The translations under genes were made by a program, and so were the position numbers. Source: an uncultured Clostridia bacterium (GTDB lineage: Bacteria > Bacillota > Clostridia > TANB77 > CAG-465). From it: DNA of 64,000 bases. The notes under the pieces were generated by a model. The model worked only from the letters and a program-made list of their open reading frames with translations, was not told the origin of the DNA and made no database searches. This document shows, piece by piece, positions 35,882-46,414 of the stretch. Numbering within the stretch: the stretch's first letter is position 1; each line of letters starts with the position of its first letter. The stretch is taken from NCBI GenBank assembly GCA_947627255.1, contig CANQVI010000002.1:47-64046 (forward strand), read 5' to 3'.

Positions 35882-37714
35882 ATGGATGTTTTGTATGAGC
35901 TATATGATAAGGATATACAATATGACAATTTATATGGAACTCAAGATGAAAAAGAAATAATAGATTTCATAAATACTCATAAAGATAAGGAAAAATTTAA
36001 AGAAGACGTATCTAAAATGTGTAATTCGTCTTTTCAAAATGAATTGTCAATTCGACATATTAATATGATAAATTGGTATCCTTTAGTACAAGGGAAAAAA
36101 GTATTAGAAGTACTTGGAAGATTTGGTGCTATAACTGAGTGGCTATTGAGTAAAGATATGGAAGTTACATGTATTGAAACTGTAAAGGAAAGAGCAGAAG
36201 CAAACAATGCAAGAAATAACTGCAAAAATCTACAGATTATATGTACTTCGGCTTTAATGGATATTGAGCTTAATGAAAAATATGATTATATTATATTACC
36301 TAATGTTATAGAGAATATAAAATCTTTTATGAATGTTAAGGATATATCACCTAAGTCTGCTGTAAAACTTCTTATAACTAAAATTTCTAAATATCTAAAT
36401 GACGATGGTAAAATATTAATATATACAGATAATAAATTTGCTATTAGAAATTTTGCTGGATATAAATCATCTAGTGAGGAAGTATCATATTCAAATATTA
36501 CAGGAAGTAATAAGGGAAGCAATAATAGATATTTTTCTAAAAAGGAATTGTGTGATATATTCTCAGAGTTAGGAATTAATGATTATAAGTTTTATTATTT
36601 ATTACCAGATTGTAAAAATACATCTGTAATATATTCAGATGATTATTTGCCAAGTATTAGCTCATCTAAACTAAAATATAATATTTGTTATAATAAATTT
36701 AATACAATTATTTTTAATGAAACAGATGCTATTTTGCAAGTTACAAATAGTGGCTATTTTGATATATTTGCTAATTCATATATGATTGAAATAGCAAAGG
36801 AAAAATGTGATATTAATTTTGTTAGTTTTAATAATTTTAGAGAAAATAAGTACCAACTTATTACAACTATGAAAAAAGAGGAAATTGTAAAAATACCAGT
36901 AAATGAAAATGAACAATTTCAAATAGCAAATATTAAGAAGAATATTGATTTATTAAAAGAATTGAAAATTAATACTGTTGATACATACGATGATGAATGT
37001 ATTAAGAGTAAATATACCAATGCTAGAACTTTGGACAAAATAATTGCTGACAAATTACTAAACGAAGGAGAAAAAGAATTTGTTAATGAAATAAAGAAAT
37101 GGTATGAGTATGTAGATAAAAAGCTAATTAAAGTTGATAACAATGAAAATTTACTTGAAAATAGCATATTTAAAAAATATAATATTGAAATTGAAGATGA
37201 AGTAATCCAAAAATTTAATTTTGTAAAAACAGGATTAATTGATATTATCTTTGAAAATGTTTTTGTTATAAATGATGAATATTATGTCTATGATCAAGAG
37301 TGGTATGAAGAAAACGTACCATTAGAATATATACTTTATAGAGCAATTCAAAGTCTATATTTTCATAATAAAAAAATACATAATGAATTTGATAAAGAAG
37401 AATTATTTAAACTATTTGGCATAGACGAATATATAAAATTATTTGACTTATTAGAACAAAATTGGCAAAATGCTATAATTGATAGAGATGTTTTAAGCTA
37501 TTTTGAAAGTACATATGAAGCTACAACAACTCTTGAAGAATTAAAAAATACTTGCAATGATGCAGATTTTTATCGCAGAATAATGAATGAACAAGCAAGT
37601 CAAATAAAAACACTTACTGAAGAAAATAACAATCTTAAAGTACAATTAAGAGATTTACAAGAAAATGTATTTCAAAAAATGCATAGAAAAATTTTTAGGA
37701 GAAAAGATGATTAA
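35882..37714 (+). CDS. Methyltransferase + kinase-like + C-terminal coiled-coil protein (WbdD-like architecture; putative glycan chain terminator)
   Basis: Class I SAM-MT motifs: KKVLEVLGRFGAI, VTCIE, YDYIILPNVIENI, DDGKILIY. A D-x4-N loop DIIFEN (aa 454-459) plus D471 (YVYDQEW), with kinase-fold spacing. C-terminal heptad-like RRIMNEQASQIKTLTEENNNLKVQLRDLQENVFQKM. Confidence 0.6.
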   Translation: MDVLYELYDKDIQYDNLYGTQDEKEIIDFINTHKDKEKFKEDVSKMCNSSFQNELSIRHINMINWYPLVQGKKVLEVLGRFGAITEWLLSKDMEVTCIETVKERAEANNARNNCKNLQIICTSALMDIELNEKYDYIILPNVIENIKSFMNVKDISPKSAVKLLITKISKYLNDDGKILIYTDNKFAIRNFAGYKSSSEEVSYSNITGSNKGSNNRYFSKKELCDIFSELGINDYKFYYLLPDCKNTSVIYSDDYLPSISSSKLKYNICYNKFNTIIFNETDAILQVTNSGYFDIFANSYMIEIAKEKCDINFVSFNNFRENKYQLITTMKKEEIVKIPVNENEQFQIANIKKNIDLLKELKINTVDTYDDECIKSKYTNARTLDKIIADKLLNEGEKEFVNEIKKWYEYVDKKLIKVDNNENLLENSIFKKYNIEIEDEVIQKFNFVKTGLIDIIFENVFVINDEYYVYDQEWYEENVPLEYILYRAIQSLYFHNKKIHNEFDKEELFKLFGIDEYIKLFDLLEQNWQNAIIDRDVLSYFESTYEATTTLEELKNTCNDADFYRRIMNEQASQIKTLTEENNNLKVQLRDLQENVFQKMHRKIFRRKDD

Positions 37715-39458
37715 TTTGGAAAAAGAAAAATTAAAAAGATTATATTATTTTAAAAGAAATAATTATTATATTAATAAAAATTATAAAAAATGGATACAAA
37801 AAAACGAGCCTAATGGGGATGAATTAGAAAAGCAAAGAGAAGAAAAATTTGCTAATTCTCCATTAATTAGTGTAGTTATTCCTATGTATAATACTGATGT
37901 GGAATATTTTAAGATATTAATTGACTCATTAACTGCACAAACTTATAGTAATATAGAGATTTGTATAGCAGATGGTTCACCTTATGAAAATCCACAAATA
38001 TTAGATATTATTAATAATGATAATAGAATTATATATAAGCATTTAGAAGAAAATGGTGGAATATCTTTTAACACAAATGAGGCAATAAAAATGGCAAAGG
38101 GTGAATATATAGCATTTGTAGATCATGATGATGTATTACCTCTATTTGCTTTTTATGAAGTAGTTAATGCGATTAACCAAAATCCAAATGTTGAATTTAT
38201 ATATTCAGATGAGGATATAATTATTGGAAATAAAAGATGTAATCCAAGCTTTAAACCAGATTTTTCTATTGATACATTAAGAAGTTATAATTATATTTCT
38301 CATTTATCTGTTGTAAAAAAAGAGCTACTAAATAGAATAGGTGGTCTTGATAGTGAATTTGATGGAGCGCAAGATTATGAGCTTATATTTAGAATTATAG
38401 AAAATACTTCTAATATAGTTCATATTTCAAAAATATTATATCATTGGAGGTTTCATAGAAATTCTACTTCTGCAAATTCTAATTCTAAGACTTATGCATT
38501 TGAGTCTGGAAGAAGGGCTATACAGAAACATTTAGAAAGATTAAATATACCAGCAACTGTTACTAGCGAAAAAGAAGTAGGAAGATATAGAGTTAAATAT
38601 AATATAATATCAGAAGATAAAGTAAGCATATTAATACCTAATAAAGATAATGTAGAAGATTTGAAAAAATGTATAAACTCAATTTTAAAATCTACATATA
38701 GTAACTATGAAATAATTGTAATTGAAAATAATAGCACTTCAAAAGAGATTTTTGATTACTATGATGAAATAAATAAAATAGAAAATATTAAGGTAGTAAA
38801 GTTAGAGATTAATGAATTTAATTATTCTAAAATAAATAATTATGGCGTAAAATTTGCTGAAGGAAAATACTTATTATTTTTAAATAATGATACAGAAGTG
38901 ATTGAAAGCGGATGGATTGAAGAAATGTTAGGCTTGGCTCAAAGAGAAGATGTTGGAATAGTTGGAGCTAAATTATTATATCCAGATAATACTGTTCAAC
39001 ATGCAGGAGTTATTATTGGCATGGGCGGAGTAGCAGGACATATTAATAAAGATATTTCATGTGATGACCCTGGTTATTTTTCTAGAGCATCAGTAATTAA
39101 TAATTATTCTGCTGTAACGGCGGCATGTCTTATGACTAAAAAAGAAATTTTTGAAAAAATAAATGGATTTGACGAAAATTTAAAAGTTGCTTTTAATGAT
39201 GTAGATTTATGTTTGAAAATAAGAAGTTTAGGATATTTATGTGTATTTACACCATATGCTAAACTATATCATTTTGAATCTAAAACAAGAGGATATGAAG
39301 ATACTAAAGAAAAAAAAGCAAGATTTGCTGGAGAAATAGAGCTATTTAAAAAGAAATGGAAAGATGTTTTAGATAGTGGTGATCCATGTTTTAATAAAAA
39401 TTTAAGTTTAAATTCTGCTAAATTTATTATAGATAAAAAGGGTAGAATTAATCATTAA
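37707..39458 (+). CDS. Bi-domain GT2 glycosyltransferase (two GT-A modules in one chain)
   Basis: Module 1: ISVVIPMYNTDVEYFKILIDSLTAQTY...FVDHDD. Module 2: VSILIPNKDNVEDLKKCINSILKSTY...FLNNDTEV...GAKLLYP. The ATG at 37707 follows AGGAG and overlaps the previous stop (ATGATTAA). Confidence 0.8.
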   Translation: MINLEKEKLKRLYYFKRNNYYINKNYKKWIQKNEPNGDELEKQREEKFANSPLISVVIPMYNTDVEYFKILIDSLTAQTYSNIEICIADGSPYENPQILDIINNDNRIIYKHLEENGGISFNTNEAIKMAKGEYIAFVDHDDVLPLFAFYEVVNAINQNPNVEFIYSDEDIIIGNKRCNPSFKPDFSIDTLRSYNYISHLSVVKKELLNRIGGLDSEFDGAQDYELIFRIIENTSNIVHISKILYHWRFHRNSTSANSNSKTYAFESGRRAIQKHLERLNIPATVTSEKEVGRYRVKYNIISEDKVSILIPNKDNVEDLKKCINSILKSTYSNYEIIVIENNSTSKEIFDYYDEINKIENIKVVKLEINEFNYSKINNYGVKFAEGKYLLFLNNDTEVIESGWIEEMLGLAQREDVGIVGAKLLYPDNTVQHAGVIIGMGGVAGHINKDISCDDPGYFSRASVINNYSAVTAACLMTKKEIFEKINGFDENLKVAFNDVDLCLKIRSLGYLCVFTPYAKLYHFESKTRGYEDTKEKKARFAGEIELFKKKWKDVLDSGDPCFNKNLSLNSAKFIIDKKGRINH

Positions 39459-39477
39459 TATAAAGGAGTGATAATAA

Positions 39478-41448
39478 ATGAAAAACGATGTTGAAAATAA
39501 ATTAATTACTGTAATCGTTCCATGTTACAATGTAGAAAAATATATTGAAAAATCGATAGATTCAATTATGTCACAGTCATATAAAAATATAGAAACTATA
39601 TTAATTGATGATTGTTCTACTGATGGAACTTATGATAAGATAGTAAAATTAAAAGAAAAGTATAATGATAAAATAATAGTTATAAAAAATGAGAAAAATA
39701 GTGGAGCAGCATATTCTAGAAATCAGGCTTTAAAAATTGCTAAAGGTGATTACATAGGATTTGTTGATCCAGATGATTATATTGATGAAGATTATTATTT
39801 AAAACTATATGAGAGTATACAAAATAATAATGCTTGGATTGCAATTACAGATATATTTTTAGTTGAAGAAAACGGAAATCCAATACTTGGACCAATCAAA
39901 TGCTATGAAGGTGATAAGTTAAATATAGAATCTGTACTTAATTGTGGTCTAAGTGCATCTCCATGTAACAAGTTGATAAGAGCAGATATAATTAAAAATT
40001 ATCCGTTTTTAGAAGGAAAAATGAATGAGGATGTTGCCTCTATAATTCCTACTCTTGTTATGTGTAAAGATAATTTATCTTATGCACATGATATAAAATA
40101 CTATTATGTGCAAAGAAAAAACTCAATGCAAAATTCAGAATTTTCTGAAAAAAGATTTGATATGTTTGAGGCTTTAAACGTTTGTTTAGAAAGAATAAAG
40201 AACGAAAAAAACTATAAAAAATATTTAGATATTGTTTTATATCATCAAGTTTTAATGTTGTATACTTGCGTTATAATAGAAATTGATGATGAAGAAAAAA
40301 GAAAAGAAATAATAAGTAAATTTATAAAAATGCAAGAACAATATGAATTATATAAGAATCCATATGCCAAAATATATGTAAGATCACAAAGAAAAGTATT
40401 AAGATTATATTATTATATGATTATTAAATTATTAAGATTTAAATCTGCTAATTTAATTAATAACGTAATAAAATTAAAAGACTCAATATATGAATTTTGC
40501 AGACTTACAAAAAGAGTATATAAAAGAATGATAGGTAAAAATGTTTTAAAATATAATATTGGACTAAAAGATGTTATAAAAGCAGCTAAAAAGCAAAATA
40601 AATTACCAGAAAGTGAAGTAAAGATATCTGTAGTAATTCCTAATTATAACTATGCAAATTTTATGTATCAAAGATTATATAGTATTTTAAGTCAGAAAGT
40701 AAAATTAAAAGAAATTATAATTCTTGACGATTGTTCAAAAGATAATAGTAGAGAAGTTATAGATAAAATTGTAGATAAAATTTCTAATTATATTTCTATA
40801 AAGAAAATATATAATGAACAAAATAGTGGCTCTCCATTTAAACAATGGAAAAAAGGCTTTAAAGAGGCAACAGGAGATTATGTATGGATTGCCGAAGCAG
40901 ATGACTATTGTTCAAATAAAATGCTTACTAAATTAACAGAAAAAATGAAAGAAAATAAGAATATACAGATTGCATATGTAGATACTGCTTTTATTGATAA
41001 ATATGGAAATATTATATTAAAAACTATAAAAAATGAAATAGACATAAGACATACAGGTCATTGGGATAGCTCTTTTGTTGAAAATGGAATGTATGAAATT
41101 GAAAAATATTGTTTCTTAAATTGTATTATAGCAAATGTATCATCATGTTTAATAAAAAGAGATAATTATGATGATGTGTTTGAAAAAATTTCTTCTTACA
41201 GGCAAGCTGGAGACTGGTTATTTTATAATTTAGTTATGAAAAGAGGAGATATTTGCTTTATTGCAGACCCTATAAATTATTATAGAGTTCATGGAAATAA
41301 CGTAACTAGTCTTACAAAAAAACAAAAACATTTTGATGAAATTGTTAGAATTCATGATGAAAATAGAAAAATAGTAGATTTTACACCATGGCATGAAGAA
41401 GAAGTACAAAAGAGATATGAGTTCTTAAAGAAAGTATGGAAATTGTAA
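39478..41448 (+). CDS. Second bi-domain GT2 glycosyltransferase
   Basis: Module 1: ITVIVPCYNVEKYIEKSIDSIMSQSY...IDDCSTDGT...FVDPDD. Module 2: ISVVIPNYNYANFMYQRLYSILSQ...LDDCSKDNS...IAEADD. Confidence 0.8.
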   Translation: MKNDVENKLITVIVPCYNVEKYIEKSIDSIMSQSYKNIETILIDDCSTDGTYDKIVKLKEKYNDKIIVIKNEKNSGAAYSRNQALKIAKGDYIGFVDPDDYIDEDYYLKLYESIQNNNAWIAITDIFLVEENGNPILGPIKCYEGDKLNIESVLNCGLSASPCNKLIRADIIKNYPFLEGKMNEDVASIIPTLVMCKDNLSYAHDIKYYYVQRKNSMQNSEFSEKRFDMFEALNVCLERIKNEKNYKKYLDIVLYHQVLMLYTCVIIEIDDEEKRKEIISKFIKMQEQYELYKNPYAKIYVRSQRKVLRLYYYMIIKLLRFKSANLINNVIKLKDSIYEFCRLTKRVYKRMIGKNVLKYNIGLKDVIKAAKKQNKLPESEVKISVVIPNYNYANFMYQRLYSILSQKVKLKEIIILDDCSKDNSREVIDKIVDKISNYISIKKIYNEQNSGSPFKQWKKGFKEATGDYVWIAEADDYCSNKMLTKLTEKMKENKNIQIAYVDTAFIDKYGNIILKTIKNEIDIRHTGHWDSSFVENGMYEIEKYCFLNCIIANVSSCLIKRDNYDDVFEKISSYRQAGDWLFYNLVMKRGDICFIADPINYYRVHGNNVTSLTKKQKHFDEIVRIHDENRKIVDFTPWHEEEVQKRYEFLKKVWKL

Positions 41449-41481
41449 TTTGTAGCAATAAATATAGCATAAGGAGTAGAA

Positions 41482-44292
41482 ATGAAAAAATTAAATGTAG
41501 CTTTTAAAGACATTATATTTTTAATTATTAATCTAATATTAATTCTTTTAATAGGGCTATCTATAGTAAATATTTTTATTTTTAAGGATAATTTACCAAT
41601 ATTATTTAATTATAAAATTGTTATTGGATTTATTTTATTATATATAGGTCTAATAGCTGGTAGCATTATTGCTTTTCAAAAACTAGAGAATAAACTTTCA
41701 AAAAAGACTAAAAAAATAGTAAAATTTGTAAGTGCTATTATAGTTTTGGTATTACAAGTAATTATCACTATTTGTATTATTAGAAAAGCTGGATGGGATT
41801 ACAATGAAATTATGTACTCAGCTTTAGACCTATTAAATGGAAATCCACCTAGTATAGAATATTTTTCTAGATATCCAAACAATTCATTTTTGTTACTGGC
41901 AAAAGAATTGCTATTTAGAATATCATACTTATTTAATATAAAAGCGATATTAGTTGTAGATGTTATTTTTAACGTAATAGCTATTGATGTAGCAATAATA
42001 TATATTTATAAAATTTGTAAAAAATTATTAGGAAATAAATTAGCTTATTTATCATTTTTATTTTCAGTTCCAGTGCTTGGATTTACACCATATATTACAG
42101 TACCTTATTCTGATACATTATCTTTAGCTTTTCCTATATTAGTTTTGTATAATTATATTTTATACAAAAAATCTGAAGTAGATAAGGTTAAGTATATAGT
42201 TTTAATGGGAGTATTTTCTACTATTGGACTATTAATAAAACCTACAAATATTATAATATTAATTGCTATTTCAATAATTGAAATAATTAATTTGATTCAA
42301 AAAGCAATAAATAAAAATAAAGAAACTTTTAGAAAAGAAAATATTAAAAGATATTTACGAAATATATGTATTATAGTAATATTACTATTAGTAATTTATA
42401 GTTCATTTAATGCATATAAGAGAATAAGATTTGGTGAAAGCATTACTGGAGAATTAGAAAAGGAAAATGAATTTCCACTTACGCACTTTATGATGATGGG
42501 ACTTAAACCTACTGACGTAGATGGTAAATATTATGGATACTATTTTGAAGAAGATGTAAATGCTACAGCATCACATATAGGCACTTCTGAAAAAGTTAAA
42601 TACAATATATCTGAAATAAAAGCTAGACTTAAAAAAATGGGTGTTAGTGGATATTTAAAATTTTTATATGATAAATATACTGTTAGTTCATGTGATGGAT
42701 CTTTCTTTTATGGAAATGAAGGAACTTTCTTTATTGAGGAGCCATTATTAAATAATAATTTTGCAAAGAATATCCAACAATATATGTATATAGATGGAGA
42801 TAAGTATTATTCTGTTACTATCCAAATTATGCAATCATATTGGATTATGATTTTGATAGGTATATTAATATGTTGTATAAAAAATATATTTAAAAAATGT
42901 GATGAAACTAATTATATATTAAAACTATCAATAATAGGAATTATATTGTTTATTTTACTATTTGAAGGAAGATCTAGATATTTATTTAATTATCTACCTA
43001 TATTCATAATATTATGTATATATGGTATATATGAACTAATTGCTATTATTAAAAATAGTAATTTTAATAAAGAAAAAATAAAAGATATATATTTAAAAAT
43101 AAATAAATTTGAAAATAAAGTAAAAGATAGAATTTTAGATAAAAAGAATATAAAAATAATATTTTTAGCTATTGTTGTATTACTAGCTATTGTAGCAAGA
43201 GTATTAATGATAAAATATGTATCAGGTGACTATGTAAGTTTTTTGGAAAAATGGTTCGAACAAATAAAAGAACAGGGAGGATTTACTGCATTAAAAAATA
43301 ATATAGGTGACTATAATGTACCTTATTTAACAATACTTGCAATATTAACTTATCTTCCTATACCATCATTAATTTCTATAAAATTAGTATCAATTATTTT
43401 TGATTTTGTTTGTGCCTTTTTTGCAGGATTATTAGTATATGATATTTTAGGTAAAAATGAAAATGCAAAGTTTACATCAATTATTACATTTGCTGTAATG
43501 TTGTTTTTACCAACAATATTAATGAATTCAAGCCTATGGGCTCAATGTGATACAATTTACGTATCATTTATATTAATTAGTTTATATTTGATAAGAAAAA
43601 ATAAAGTAGTTTTATCATTTGTATCCTTAGGTTTGGCTTTTGCATTTAAGCTACAATTTATTTTTATTATGCCTTTATATGTTTTACTTTACTTAAAAGA
43701 TAAGAATATAAGTTTATTACACTTTTTAATTATTCCTATAGTGAATTTTATTTTGTGTATGCCAGCTATTATTCAAGGTAGAGGGATAATAGATTGCATG
43801 ACTATATATTTTAGGCAAACAGAAACATACCATATGTTAACATTAAATTACACTAATTTATACAATATTTTTGGAAAATTTTTTGATTATCAATCAGGAG
43901 TTTGTATAATTTTTACAATAATAGTATTAGGAATTGTATCAATTTATCTTTTATATAAAAATGTGGATATAAAAAATAACATTATTCCTATTGCATTATT
44001 GTATTCAATACTCATCGTATTCTTTTTGCCAAAAATGCATGATAGATATGCATTTTTAGCTGAAATACTAGCAGTTATATATGTTATGATATATAAGAAA
44101 TCATATTATTTTCCAATTACACTTTTAACGTGTGCTGTATATGGGTATTATTGTTTCTTAGCACCAAATGTTATAAATGGAGATTATATTTCTTTATTCT
44201 CAATTGTTGAATTTATTGCTATTGCTAAATTTACATGGGATACATTAAAAGATTTAAAAAATAATAATTATAATATAAAATATATAGAATAA
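41482..44292 (+). CDS. 936-aa fusion of two polytopic GT-C-type membrane glycosyltransferase modules
   Basis: The N-half (aa 1 to ~535) is paralogous to the next gene: YPNN, Y(S/T)DTLS, and RSRY near the end. A ~35-aa charged linker follows. The C-half starts VSGDYVSFLEKWFEQIKEQGGFTALKNNIGDYNVPYL and has ~10 more TM segments (PIG-V/Gpi18-like or DUF2029-like pattern). Confidence 0.65.
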   Translation: MKKLNVAFKDIIFLIINLILILLIGLSIVNIFIFKDNLPILFNYKIVIGFILLYIGLIAGSIIAFQKLENKLSKKTKKIVKFVSAIIVLVLQVIITICIIRKAGWDYNEIMYSALDLLNGNPPSIEYFSRYPNNSFLLLAKELLFRISYLFNIKAILVVDVIFNVIAIDVAIIYIYKICKKLLGNKLAYLSFLFSVPVLGFTPYITVPYSDTLSLAFPILVLYNYILYKKSEVDKVKYIVLMGVFSTIGLLIKPTNIIILIAISIIEIINLIQKAINKNKETFRKENIKRYLRNICIIVILLLVIYSSFNAYKRIRFGESITGELEKENEFPLTHFMMMGLKPTDVDGKYYGYYFEEDVNATASHIGTSEKVKYNISEIKARLKKMGVSGYLKFLYDKYTVSSCDGSFFYGNEGTFFIEEPLLNNNFAKNIQQYMYIDGDKYYSVTIQIMQSYWIMILIGILICCIKNIFKKCDETNYILKLSIIGIILFILLFEGRSRYLFNYLPIFIILCIYGIYELIAIIKNSNFNKEKIKDIYLKINKFENKVKDRILDKKNIKIIFLAIVVLLAIVARVLMIKYVSGDYVSFLEKWFEQIKEQGGFTALKNNIGDYNVPYLTILAILTYLPIPSLISIKLVSIIFDFVCAFFAGLLVYDILGKNENAKFTSIITFAVMLFLPTILMNSSLWAQCDTIYVSFILISLYLIRKNKVVLSFVSLGLAFAFKLQFIFIMPLYVLLYLKDKNISLLHFLIIPIVNFILCMPAIIQGRGIIDCMTIYFRQTETYHMLTLNYTNLYNIFGKFFDYQSGVCIIFTIIVLGIVSIYLLYKNVDIKNNIIPIALLYSILIVFFLPKMHDRYAFLAEILAVIYVMIYKKSYYFPITLLTCAVYGYYCFLAPNVINGDYISLFSIVEFIAIAKFTWDTLKDLKNNNYNIKYIE

Positions 44293-44326
44293 TTTAAAAA
44301 TTCATTTATAGGAGTTGACAGTTATT

Positions 44327-45919
44327 ATGGAAGATAAGAGCAGTAAATTTTATAAAATTACTGGTAAATTAATAGATGTTTTTAAATTATTTTTTGTAGT
44401 AATATTTAGTATAATTGTTTTTAAAACTTTTTTTAATAATAATAGAGTAAAAATGTATGATTATAATCCATTGCTACTTATATTGTTAGTAATAGGCTAT
44501 TTAATTATAGTTCTATTTCTTTATAAAGTTATTACAAGAATTTCTTTTAAACATAAAAAAAGTATAGTTGCCATTATATTTGGAATTACAGTATTATTGC
44601 AATTAGTATTTTCATATTTTTTTATGGTAATTCCAAGTTGGGATGTAGGCTTTGTATATGATATTGTTACTAATTTTGATATGTCAATTTCATCTAAGAT
44701 TACAACCTCATATCTATATCAATATCCTAACAATATAGGTATAACTGTATTATTATCTGTTGTATTTAATTTTTTTAAATTAATAAATATTGATTCTTAT
44801 ACTGTTATAGGTATTGGTTTAAATATATTATTTATAGATTTGGCAATATTATTTTTATATAAAGCAGCAAAAGAATTATTTGGATATAATAGAGCAATAT
44901 TTGTATTAATCTTGATGTGTACAATGATACCAATCTATACGTATGCACCAATATTTTATACTGATACATTATCAATGCTGTACCCTATATTATTACTGTA
45001 TTTGTATATTTTATTAAGTAAAAAGAGTAATGAAAATAGCAGTAAAAAAATAAATAAAGAAATTATATTTCTTAGTATTGCTATGGGGATAACAGTAGCT
45101 ATTGGTATACAAATTAAAGTGACAATCGTTATACTATTTGTTGCGTTAATAATTATAGAATTACTTTTTTTAAAATCTAAATACATTTTTAAAGTAGCTG
45201 GAATTGTTGTATCAACAATTTTACTTCTATTATTTGCTAAAAATACTTACTTAAAAAATATAAAAGACCCAATTGTACAATATTTAAATGAATTTCCGTA
45301 TACTCACTGGGTAATGATGGGATTAAATGATAATCCGGACAATGGCACAATAGGTGGATTTTATGGAAATGATAATATATATACAGATTTATTACCAGAC
45401 GGAAAAAATGGTAGAAAGGAAGGAAATATAAAAGTTATAAAAGAAAGATTATCGAATTTTATAGCAAAGCATGATTTATTAAGATTTGAGTTATCTAAGA
45501 TGGTGTACACTTGGGGAGATGGCACATATTATGCACCAGAAAAATTAAGAAGAAGTCCTGTAAGGGAAGGAATTCAACATCAGTTTGTATTACAAAATGG
45601 TAAATATTCATATGTATATATGTACTATTCTCAAATTCAGCATATAAGTTTATTAATATTTATGATTATTTCTATGATAATAAATTATAGAAATAGGAAA
45701 GAGTTTAATGATATTTTGAAAGATAAAGTTAATCTTATTATTACTTTAAGCATTTTTGGATTACTAATTTTCTTAATTATTTGGGAGACTCGATCTAGAT
45801 ACATTGTAAATTTTATACCTATAATGGTTTTCGCTAAATTTTATGGTATAGATAAATTATATGATTATATATTAATAAAAAGAAAAAAATTATTACCAAA
45901 AAGTGATAATATTCAATAA
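44327..45919 (+). CDS. Polytopic GT-C-type membrane glycosyltransferase (ArnT/PMT/GacL-like), paralog of the N-half of the preceding gene
   Basis: ~12 TM segments. Shared motifs YQYPNN, FYTDTLSMLYPILLLY, WETRSRYIVNFIP. Start ambiguous (TTG 44315 or ATG 44327). Confidence 0.65.
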   Translation: MEDKSSKFYKITGKLIDVFKLFFVVIFSIIVFKTFFNNNRVKMYDYNPLLLILLVIGYLIIVLFLYKVITRISFKHKKSIVAIIFGITVLLQLVFSYFFMVIPSWDVGFVYDIVTNFDMSISSKITTSYLYQYPNNIGITVLLSVVFNFFKLINIDSYTVIGIGLNILFIDLAILFLYKAAKELFGYNRAIFVLILMCTMIPIYTYAPIFYTDTLSMLYPILLLYLYILLSKKSNENSSKKINKEIIFLSIAMGITVAIGIQIKVTIVILFVALIIIELLFLKSKYIFKVAGIVVSTILLLLFAKNTYLKNIKDPIVQYLNEFPYTHWVMMGLNDNPDNGTIGGFYGNDNIYTDLLPDGKNGRKEGNIKVIKERLSNFIAKHDLLRFELSKMVYTWGDGTYYAPEKLRRSPVREGIQHQFVLQNGKYSYVYMYYSQIQHISLLIFMIISMIINYRNRKEFNDILKDKVNLIITLSIFGLLIFLIIWETRSRYIVNFIPIMVFAKFYGIDKLYDYILIKRKKLLPKSDNIQ

Positions 45920-45971
45920 AAAAATATGATATAAAGAAAAATATGTTATAATATATTAGGGAGGGAGATAG

Positions 45972-46388
45972 GTGAATAAGATAAAAGACTTATTTATAAA
46001 ATACAAAGAGATAATAAACTACGGTATATTTGGTGTATTAACAACAATAGTAAATTATGTATCTTATATTATATTTACAAGATTATTTAGTGTTGATATG
46101 CTTATAAGTAATTTAATAGCTTGGTTTTTATCTGTTGTCTTTGCATTTATAACTAATAAACTTATTGTATTTAATAGTAAAGATTTATCTTTAAAAGTAA
46201 TTACTAGCGAAGGAGCTAAGTTTATGATGGCTAGAGTCTTTTCATTATTCTTAGATATGGCTATACTATTTGTTATGGCAGATATTATGAAGATGAATGA
46301 CTTAATTGTTAAAATAATTTCTAACGTTATTGTTATAATAGTAAATTATGTATTGAGCAAATTTTTAATTTTTAAAAATAATAAATAA
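45972..46388 (+). CDS. GtrA family membrane protein (polyprenyl-phosphate-sugar handling/flippase-like)
   Basis: 138 aa, 4 TM. YGIFGVLTTIVNYVSYIIF...NYVLSKFLIF pattern of the GtrA family. GTG start after GGGAGGGAG. Confidence 0.8.
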   Translation: MNKIKDLFIKYKEIINYGIFGVLTTIVNYVSYIIFTRLFSVDMLISNLIAWFLSVVFAFITNKLIVFNSKDLSLKVITSEGAKFMMARVFSLFLDMAILFVMADIMKMNDLIVKIISNVIVIIVNYVLSKFLIFKNNK

Positions 46389-46414
46389 TATAATAAAAAG
46401 GGGAGAAATTGACG

